A DNA stretch of 54,700 bases from Pelomyxa schiedti (taxonomy: Eukaryota > Protista > Evosea), in NCBI GenBank assembly GCA_020536535.1, contig JAHLWZ010000177.1, positions 1-54,700 of the forward strand, given 5' to 3'. The notes under the pieces were generated by a model. That model did not search any database, was not told the origin of the DNA, and saw only the letters and a program-made list of their open reading frames with translations. Position numbers and translations under genes: made by a program. Below, one piece after another: positions 44,901 through 54,700 of the stretch (its first letter is position 1; each line of letters opens with the position of its first letter).

Positions 44901-47900
44901 AACAACAACAACCAAAGCAGTAACCACGACTATCAACAATACTATTACTGCGGTGACACAAAAAGAACCCACATTGAAAACATCTGGTCTCCCAACAAAA
45001 CTCCATTTGGCTATTGTATGCAGCTGTCCTCATCTTGTTGTTCCAGGGAAAACCAATGTGGCATTAGTTGCCGACTTTGGTAAACTTGCAATTACAGATG
45101 TCAGTGGTGAAGCCATAAGTATTCTCCTGTCTGATGCAAACATTTATCTCCAAGAAGAGAATCAACTCGCGGAACATAAGCTACTGAATAACCTTGATTT
45201 AAAACTGGAGCTTGCATTGAAAGGAGAGAACGGTGTTACTATGCAAGCCTGCTTGCCCTCTTTAATATTCTCCATGTCCAAGAAAGAATGTGACACTTTA
45301 ACTGAAATTGTCGCACAATCTATTCCGCTAAATAACAAGTCACAACTTCTTCACGAAGAAGAAAAGATGATTCCACATCAATTGCAAGACCCCAGTTCCA
45401 TTTCAAAAGCATTAACTGCATCAACTACAATATCGATGGTACAAATCCCCGCCAGTGAAGTAGCCCCTTCTCCGCGAGTGGTGTCTCTCTTTTCTGCCCG
45501 ATTTGAGTTGAAAAAGCTTTCAGTGGAACTTATTGATGTTGCACAGTTCGAGATGCTTGAGTTCCTTATTACAAACGAGACTGCCTCTACCGGTTCTGTA
45601 AGGGAAAATCAGGGGGAGGAAGTGTTACCAGGATTGTCCATTTCTACAACCGTTCTCATCCCCAGAATCACCATTTATGACACTCGACCGGAACGTTCAC
45701 CCTTCTTTAAATTCATTATTGAACAAGTTGGAGAAGATGCACTCCTCAAAATCACGCACATCTTTGACACAAACCCGCCGCCACACCAACCTCAACACCG
45801 GATTCACACGGGCATCAGTTCTTTCAAAGGATATCTTATACCGCATTCTGTAAGGGCTTTCATCAACTTCTTCTCTTCGTCTCGGGTCACTGCAGCCCAG
45901 ATACCGGCTCCCAAAGCCCTTTCCAAGCCAAAGAAAAGCGTTGCACTTCCTATACAATTCCCTCCAATTGAACTCTCTGTATGTGCAGCAAGTCCAGAAA
46001 TTCTTTTACTTGAAGATCCTTCTCGCAGTGACACTCACGCCATTGGCGTCCACTTCAACTCCGCATCCCTTAAGTTGCTAGCTGGAGATGTTGAGGAGAT
46101 ACAATCGGCCGACTGTGGAGTCAATGCGGATTTGATAGGATTAGAAGTGTTCTCCTGCCGCTTAGATCAGCAAGCTACAACCCAAGTTCATATACTGCAA
46201 CCATTCATAGCTATGATAAGTGCCAAAGTAAAAAGTGGCCCCAATGGAGGTGAGGTGGATGTCAAGGTTTCGCTTGGCGTCTGTGATGTTACCATCGCGT
46301 ACAACGATGTTAAGCTGCTGATAATAACAGGATTGACACTTGCTCCACCATCTCCAACGAAGATATCACAATCAATATTTAATTCCAGCACCCCTCTTAA
46401 AGACTTCGCTCCCCAGCCTCTTCTTTCTTGTAATATAGACCAAAACTCCAAACTAGTTCAGACAGCCATGACATCTGCACCCAAACAAATTCTGGAAGCA
46501 ACACAAGGGAGGTCTCTTTCTGTTGAGATGACCATACCAAATTTGTGCCTGACCATTGTGAATGATTTCGCGGGTTCCAATACGCCTATAGCAAATGTTC
46601 TGATCAGTGAAACTAAAGGCACCTTTACGAATAAAGCTACATCTCCGGAAATTCTTGATATGAAGTTCGTTCTCTGTTGCCGTTTGGAGAGCAACTACTT
46701 TAATGACAGCGTTTCTGCTTGGGAGCCATTAATAGAACCATGGGAATTTGGTACCACTTACACCTACATTGCACAGGAGAATGCAAATACCTACCCGAAC
46801 TTATCTCTTGCTTCACAAGAGCGTTTGGAAGTGAACATTACCCCCAACTTTGTAGCTTCTGTTATGAGTGTTGCAAAGCTCTGGCTCAAAGACTATACTT
46901 CGTACAGAACAAATCTTGATGGAACGATATCTCGGACCCAATTTCATCCGTATACATTGAGAAATTGTTTGGGTGAAACAGTGTATTACCAGCTGAGGTA
47001 TACAAGGTGCTCCAGTGGTGGACAACAAACTGAAACGAACAAAGTTGCTATTCCAATAAGTGATGGAAAAGAAGAAATGCTCGAGGTAACAGGGGGAAAC
47101 ACCTCATCTTGTATTCTCAGTGTCCGCCTATTCCGCTCTGATAAAGAGATTGTGGTACCCTGGATTCCACTAAACCGAGTTGGTGGATATGCATTTCGGT
47201 GTCTCTGGCCTGGCTCTTCTGTTGACACATCCACTGTAGTTGTTACAGTTTCATTAGAACGAGCCTGTAAAGTTGTAACTGTAAGCAGTGGGATGACTGT
47301 GAACAACAACACTCTTCTCCCGGTACTGATTCAAGTCTCTTCACAAATTCCCCTCCAGCCGCCATCTCCCGTAGCACAGCGTTTACCACAACTTAGTAGT
47401 TCTTCTCCAGTCCTACCTCCTGGCCCCCTTCGCTCTTCAACACACCAACCAGGAAAAATTCTTCTACAGCCGGGAGAAGTGTACTACATTCCTATTGTTT
47501 TACTTGGCAATTGTTTCCTTCAGTTGCATCCAGACCCCACCTTAGGTGACTACCAGTGGAGTTCTCCGGTTCGTTGCTCAGTTTTCAAGGCAATTAATGT
47601 GTCTTGTACAGCATCAACCTCAACTGGCACTACCGGTGATTCCGGTCTTCCTGTGATGCACTATGTGATTTCTGCCGAGCAGACAACAAATCCAACTCCA
47701 CATAGCACCTTGGCTTCACCTTCATCATCTTCCTCATCACTACCTCCAACACCGGCAGTCGTTACTGAGCTGTTAATTGGAGCTCCCATTGAAGTGTTTA
47801 ATGGTCTACTGTGTGATCTCCACTACCAGATCCGGGAAGGAAATAAGATCAGTGGTACTGGAGTCTCCTCACCTCAGCAGACACAAGCACCACTCATTGC

Positions 47901-50900
47901 GGGAGTACTCAGTTCATGCAAATCTGAGATGATTCACAATATCTCCCTCTCAAGCCAAGTATGGATGCGTGTTAAGATTCCTTTCTTTGGCGTTTGGAGC
48001 CCTCCAGATCTCATCTGGGATCCAACACAGGCCTCGCAGGGTTCCAAGTTTAAAGTCAAGCAGAATGCCATCTTTCAGCACCCACTTCCACCTGACCAAT
48101 TGCAACAACAGCAGTCAGCATTACTCACCACGCAACTTCAGCAACACAACTCCTTGATACAGTCCCCGGTGCAACAAACAATGCAAAGGAATCCAGTACA
48201 AAGTTCGCAGACTCAGGCTCAATCACAATCCCGTGGAATGTGGGGACTTATATTTTCTTCTGCTTCAAAGCCACCCCCATCACAGGCCTCTCCAGTTCCC
48301 ACTGCCCCGATTCCTACAACAACACTTGTCATTCAATGTGCCGGCAAAATGCGCAACAGTGCTCGTGCGTCAGTTAGTTGCCAATTTTGGGTTCACAATC
48401 ATACAACAAATCCACTTCAATTTGATAACCCCCTCCTTACAATAAACGCAACAGCTCCGAATACCCCTCAACCTTTCTCAACCTCCCCACCAACTACGCA
48501 TGTTATTCGAACCAGAATAGAGGGGTTAACACAATGGAGTCAGCCATTTTCAATTCATCACGCTGGAGATACAATTATCATTCTTCCCTCTCTCAAACAT
48601 CCGACAAAACCAAATTCCGCTCAAGCGACCATGGTTTACGAGCTTTTGCTAAACACACAACTTCTCAGTGCACCATTGGATGGAGTTCGTGTACTCACCT
48701 TTACTCCTCACTACGTTCTTCACAACAGTACACCACTTTCCATGCTGCTGCACATTCCAGATTCAGGTGCATCCCAGGCGCTGGACCAAGACATGTCATT
48801 CCCCCTGTATTGCATAGAAAATAAACAGATAAAAGTGGTTCCATTTCTTATGTGATGAATTCTCACTGCACCTTAGGTCAAACTTGCCAATTATCTTCCA
48901 GTTGCTATACCTGTTGATGTTTTGGACACTTATGTGTTGAGACTGCATAATGAATCTGAGGTCTACTTCGTGTCTGTGGTACAGCTATCTCTCCCAAAAT
49001 CTCAGTAAATCATTCTACGAAGGAAGTCAAGATGATAGGTGCTGTTGAACACATATCAGTAACATCATGTACACCACGTGATGCACCCTTCATTGTGGAG
49101 AACCACACTGATACTACCATTTCCTGGTGGCAAGCTGATGCTCCTCAGTATGCGCTGAATGTTCCACCTAAACACGTTGCCCCTTTTGCATGGGGTAAGC
49201 AGCTGCTTTTTTTTCCATTCAGGAATTTTAATGCCCAGTTAGATGATGTAAGCAAGGCACGTACTGTTGTTCTTTGTAATCAAGGTCTTGTGGTCGATCC
49301 TGATGCTTTTGGAGTTTTACAAGAGTTCGAAGTTCCGCCTTCGGGAATTGTGAGGAAATTCCGAAAACTGTCAGTAAAAGTCAAACCAAAAGGCCCAGCA
49401 CGTGTTGTCAAGGTAGTACATGGAAATATTCAACACACTCCCTGATAAAAGAAAGGTTATGAATACGGCTGATGTAGGAAAAGTTTCTATTGACACTGTA
49501 ATTGATGAGCGTACAGTACTGCAATTAAACATTGCTTTCGGAGGGATTGGAATATCTCTGTATGGCTTTTGCTTTTGAGAAAGATATGATTCATGACCTT
49601 TAGTTTGAACACCGATCCTCGGGAACTCCTCTATGTTTCGTTTGATGGTGTTATGTTCCACGTCTGTACAACTACGGACAGTCAGGCTCTGACTTCGTCG
49701 ATACACTCCCTTCAAGTCGACTACCAGGTATATACATATCTGAGAAACTAGTTGAATTTCACCTCTCTTGTAAAGTTACCACATCCTAAGTACCCGGTGC
49801 TCTTGTGCCGTGGTCCGATGAAGAAAGAAGAAGATGAAGCCGCCCCTATGATTTGCTTGGATATACAACGAACCCTACACAGTGCGTCACAGAGTACACT
49901 CATTTTCCAGACGATCTTGGTGCATCTAGCGCCTATTGAATTGCTTATAGAGGAAGAAACAATTGTTCACATATATTCTGTGAGAGATTATGTCCCTTAA
50001 ACAATTTCTAACGGTTCTTCTAGTTTGCTGAATTTGTTACCCAAGAAGTGAACAAGGCTCTGAGCAACGCGCAAACAGCAGTGCAAACGTCATCTCTAAA
50101 ATCGACCTCCCCAGCCCTGTCCAATAGCACCTTTATGACCAGTACACTGCCTGTAAGCCCGGATATTAGCTCTCCTGCACAGCCTGTGGCGCCACCTACC
50201 AAAGTGTTCATTGGCCATTTATTGATGAGTCCTGTTAAAATCGATGTGACGTTCTCTCCAACCGTCGGGTATGGAATTCTCCTTGGTACTTCCATAGTAA
50301 TATCCTCCAGTTACAAGCACGAAAAACGCTCTATGAATGCCCTCTCTCGCTTTTTAGGAACTGTTGCATTCATTGATTGCGCACAAATCCGCTTCACGGA
50401 ACTTGTTGCAGACGGTACCTTCGACTTGTTCCCCCTTTTTTTTGTTTTAATTCCACAAAAGAGATCTTTACACCTGTTGGGTCACTGGTAGAACGTATTG
50501 GGCAGCACTTTAAATCTCAGTGGGCCTCACAGGTTTTAGCACTTTGTAGTAAGTCCTGTGTTAAAGTCTTTCTTTAGGTTTTCCAGCTTCTTGGAAGCAG
50601 TGCTGTTTTAGGTAAGCCTGCACTATTTGCCCGTAACATAAAAGCTGGTGTCCAAGACTTAGCGTAATCTCTCCATAGTGTTATTGTAAATTTAACTTGC
50701 TCATAAAGATCGGCTGATGGACTGGGATTCATTTCGCATACTGCTTTTGCCGTTACAAACAGTGCAAGTGCCATAACATCTACCGTGAGTAAGAGCCTAT
50801 GGACAATAACTGGTGACACAAATAGTGCGCTCTCCCACTTTTACAATTAGAACTCAATTCTCAATAGCAATGGCCGCCAGGCAGAAACGAACAGGACCTA

Positions 50901-51808
50901 ACAACGTGGGCCAAGGGCTTGTCCAGGGTGTTCGCAACCTAGGAGAGGGACTGTTTTATGGTGTCACAGGTGTTGTAACGCAACCTGTTCATGGTGCTGT
51001 GGAAGGTGGTGTCTCGGGAGCTGCTTTAGGCCTTGTAGGAGGGTTGGTAGGAGTTGCTGCGAAACCAATTGCAGGTATCCTAAAACCAACCAAACTTTGT
51101 AAGGTGATATCCCCTCAGGACTATTTGATGCTGCGGCCAGTACAACACAAGGGTTGAGTAAACTTGCACAGGGACGAGTTGCTAGAACAGAACAGCGCCG
51201 TCCTCCTCGTGTGATACCTCATTTAAATAAGGTAACCACTAATCAGCTGCTGTAATGCCTATTAACTTAATAACCACAGGTTCTTACATGCTACTCCCAG
51301 AACGCTGCAAATGCACAGTATTTAATGCATTCAGTATCGGTAAATACCTCCGGCCCCAGCTCTTAAAATCTCACTTGTATCAGGATGGTGCTTTCAGCAA
51401 AGAAGAATACTGTGATCACATAGGGTTTCTCCGGGAACTAAACGACAAAATGTGGTTGGTTAATGTAGTGGTCTCCAACCTGCACGCGTTCCATATTGAC
51501 CAACGGGGAGGTCACAAACCTGCTCTCCAGGCCTACTGTACTCACAAAGAAATCGCCCTTATGGTTAGTATATCTTTCTCAATGTATTATTGTAAATTCG
51601 CTCCTAAATGCACGGACGCTGTAACCCCTATCTAAATACAGCCGGTAATAACCAAACTAAACTTATATAATAGATGCAAGCATCAAAAACAGCACAAATC
51701 GTAGAGAAGCTAGCAATACCCGTGGGACCGGAGGATGTAGCCACAAGGGAATCTGTTGTGGCCTTGTTTGAGAGGAACAAGCTACTATTCTCGTTCCAGC
51801 TCTTGTAG
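38989..51808 (+). CDS. VPS13: VPS13-family bridge-like lipid transfer protein
   Basis: Chorein N-terminus (LIQKYIGHYV..LELREDAL..LPIIVKKG..KLPW), WFKYAI, WEPLIEPW, VAB-like repeats (TFTPHYVLHN, PFIVENHT), C-terminal GVTGVVTQPVHGA..AAKPIAG. Confidence 0.92.
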
Positions 51809-51922
51809 TAGTATGTGACTGATTTTAACAACTGAAGGAATAGTGTAATTATGTATGCTCTAAGTGTTTTTCCTTTTGGGCAAAAAGAACCCAAAGTGAA
51901 TGTTATTCACTGTTGATTTTGG

Positions 51923-54023
51923 TTAGGTTTTTTTGTGGGGCTTCTTGGATGCTGGCTGGGTTGTGGAGAGTGGAGAGGGTGCTCGTTTTTGTTGTGCCTG
52001 TTGGGTTTCATTGGTTGATGGTGTGGCCTTTTTATTCTTGTTCTTGTTCTTGTTCTTTGGGGTGCTTCTCTTTGCGGGGGCTGTTGCGGGCACATCTTGG
52101 CGTGGTGGGAACAGCTTTTCGANNNNNNNNNNNNNNNNNNNNNNNNNNNNNNNNNNNNNNNNNNNNNNNNNNNNNNNNNNNNNNNNNNNNNNNNNNNNNN
52201 NNNNNNNNNNNNNNNNNNNNNNTGGGTTTCATTGGTTGATGGTGTGGCCTTTTTATTCTTGTTCTTGTTCTTGTTCTTTGGGGTGCTTCTCTTTGCGGGG
52301 GCTGTTGCGGGCACATCTTGGCGTGGTGGGAACAGCTTTTCGACTGCTTCAATACCCCCGGGAGGCACAAGTGAAACCTTGGAGAGGTCAACAGCAACAG
52401 CTTTCTTGGCGTTGGCGATATCTTTGAGACCATTCCCGGTGAGGAGAACAACCGCAGTCTTTCCAGCACAGAGTAAAGGTTGTTCCTTTGACAGTTTCAA
52501 AAGACCTAAGCTAAGTAAGAAGAAAGTCAAGTGACTACAAGAATTACCTGCATAAGCACATGCAGCGGCTGGCTCTGAGAATATTCCGGTCGCCCTTGCA
52601 AGTTCACGCATTGCCACAAGAATTTCAGTGTCAGCCACTTGTACATACTGACCCTCAGTACCCCTTGCGGCCCTTGCAGCGCGTATTGGGTCCCGAGGTA
52701 ATCCTAAAAAAAATTTAGAACCAGTACTGATATAGATTAAATACCTGCAGAGATACTGTCTGCTAGGGTATCGCATGAAATTGGAGTCAGTTTCATGTCA
52801 TCAGGGTCGGTCTTTAAATCAACACGCGAACTCCATGCCTCTGCAACTGCTCTGCTTCCAGTAGATTGCACACCAATAATTTTTGGGAGTTTATCAATAT
52901 AGCCCAAAGCAAGCAAATTCTTCAATAAATTCACACAAGGGGTTGTTTAAGACCTAGCATACCTTGAAACCTGTGTGGACGCCACTGACGATATTACCGT
53001 CACCTACACTGACGAAAATAAGATCAGGTGTTTCGAATTTCATCTCATCACCATTTGGTGTGTGATGGCGCCTAGACCTCGTGAGTGCTATACGGAAGGG
53101 AGTACTATTACCTCCACAACTGCTCACAAATTTCAAACGAAACAGTCTTTTTGCCCTCAGAGGTAAATGGGTTGTATCCAGTATTGCGGCAGTACCACCC
53201 AAACCTTGCAAACAAATTAGTGTAGCGGAAAATGAGGCAAAATCAACTTCTTGCAAGCAGAGAGGCACAAATCAAAAGCGTCGTCATAAGTTCCCTTAAC
53301 CAGAACAACATCAGCACCGTACATAACAAGTTGGGTTTGCTTGGCTTCAGGTGCTGTGTAAGGAACAAATATGACACATTTCTGATTTGCACTGTATCAA
53401 GAATGAGAAATGTTACGGGCTATTGGACGGGTACCTTGCGCACATCCCAGCCAACGCCGCAGCAGCATTCCCAGTTGAAGCCGTGGAAATTATTTCCCTC
53501 TTTTCGGACTGAGCCTTTGCTACAATCAAGGCACTTGCTCGGTCTTGCAAAAAGTGAGTTCATTTGTGCAAGTGCATAAAGATACCTTTAAGAGATCCTG
53601 TAGGGTTTCTTCCATCGTCCTTAAACCACAGTTCCTTGAGGTTCAGCTCTGACACCAAAGTAGCCGGTGCGCTGGTCAGTGGCGTGCAGCCAACGAGTAA
53701 GCCAAGTGGAGGGATGAATGGAGTTTTAGGCGACGACGGCATGTACGGAAGAGGAAGCATTGCCCGATACCGCCAAATTCCAAATTGATCCAGTGGCAAC
53801 AACGAGGCGCTATCGTGCTCTTCTTGTATCCTCTTTTTAATCTAGCAAAAATACCATGGTCAGAGTGTGAGGGGGAAAAGAAAAAAAAAAAAAAAAAAGC
53901 TACCAAATCGTAGTCCAACTTCAGGTCCAACACGCCGTGTTCGTGCGCCGGGCAACAATAAGTAGTCGCGTTTGGTTTCTCGGCCGGGAGCTCGGCGCCA
54001 CAAACGCTGCACTGGAACCCCAC
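51923..54023 (-). CDS. thrC: Threonine synthase (PLP fold II, bacterial/archaeal-like short type); 5' end lost in gap
   Basis: CSVCG..CCP N-terminus, GIWRYRAMLP, FKDDGRNPTGSLK|DRAS, TASTGNAA, VSVGDGNI, LPKIIGVQ, TLADSIS, GIFSEPAAA, LLTGNGLKD. Confidence 0.9.
52002..52343. repeat. 121-bp duplication across a 100-N gap (assembly overlap)
   Basis: 52002-52122 = 52223-52343. Confidence 0.85.
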
Positions 54024-54123
54024 NNNNNNNNNNNNNNNNNNNNNNNNNNNNNNNNNNNNNNNNNNNNNNNNNNNNNNNNNNNNNNNNNNNNNNNNNNNNN
54101 NNNNNNNNNNNNNNNNNNNNNNN

Positions 54124-54700
54124 CCAGGACATACCTTCCCCAAAGCCACAGTCCTGTCACCCCCACAACCCTTGTCATTACCCTCACAGTTATCTTTGAT
54201 GGGAACAGCTTCTAGTCAGCCAAGCCAAGCCAATGCCCTCACACAATCACAACAACTCTTGCAACTTATGCTGCTACAGCAGAGCCAGCAGCAGCAACAA
54301 CCGCAATCTCAGGACTCCACAGCACAACAACAGATTCTGCAACTTCAGCAGCAAATGCTACAACAGCTACAGCTATCACAGCAGAAGCCAGTTTCCCTGT
54401 TCCCACAGCAGCCGATAACCCTTCCCTCATTAACACTCACACCCACAACTACCGGTACTGGTGGCGGTAATATATTCACTACCAGTAACACTAGTACAAG
54501 CACCAGTGAACCAGTTAATCCTAAGCCACCGCGGTTCCAACAGACTACTCGTATGGAGACATCATTCACAATACAGTGCGATCAGCTTAGTAACAACCTT
54601 CCCAAGCTCACTGATAAAGTAAGCAAGCTGCTTCTGCTAATAGCAACCCTGGCCAGGATGAACCTCATTAAACCGGAAGTAAAAGCAATTCTCAAAGGTA
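54124..54700 (+). repeat. Misplaced copy (allele B) of the same Q/T-rich exon segment
   Basis: Same 121-bp flanks as 1-571; the middle differs by several substitutions and in-frame indels (net +6 nt). Confidence 0.85.

Noticed and set aside
26875-52343. Tandem duplications around the gaps at ~27000, ~35350 and ~52150
   Set aside because: Each is exactly 121 bp on both sides of a 100-N placeholder, so they are unmerged contig overlaps

Overview
Gene-dense, intron-rich eukaryotic DNA with about 17 protein-coding genes. Most introns are GT-AG and about 38-52 nt. The anaerobic enzyme content and intron style suggest an anaerobic amoeboid protist such as an Archamoeba or Pelomyxa relative; this is inference. 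Genes in order: FKBP/TPR protein, ribokinase, UBL-AN1 zinc finger, RUN/coiled-coil protein, glucosidase II beta, an intronless orphan, CBM20-esterase, a Parkin-like RING0/RING1 protein, Spg1/Tem1 GTPase, pyruvate:ferredoxin oxidoreductase (PFO) fusion, a small secreted protein, Rab7-like GTPase, a nucleotidyltransferase-fold/C2H2 protein, valyl-tRNA synthetase, a CNBP-like knuckle protein, uridine kinase, VPS13 and threonine synthase (5' end lost in a gap). The standout is a spliced ~1635-aa PFO fused in-frame, inside one exon, to a complete GltD/SudA/NfnL-type Fe-S flavoprotein. It is a candidate single-chain pyruvate:NAD(P)+ oxidoreductase built from a different module than the known PFO-CPR (PNO) fusion. 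The repeats at both window ends and around the 100-N gaps are exact 121-bp assembly overlaps plus two alleles of one exon, not mobile DNA. Exon boundaries were read by eye and are approximate.
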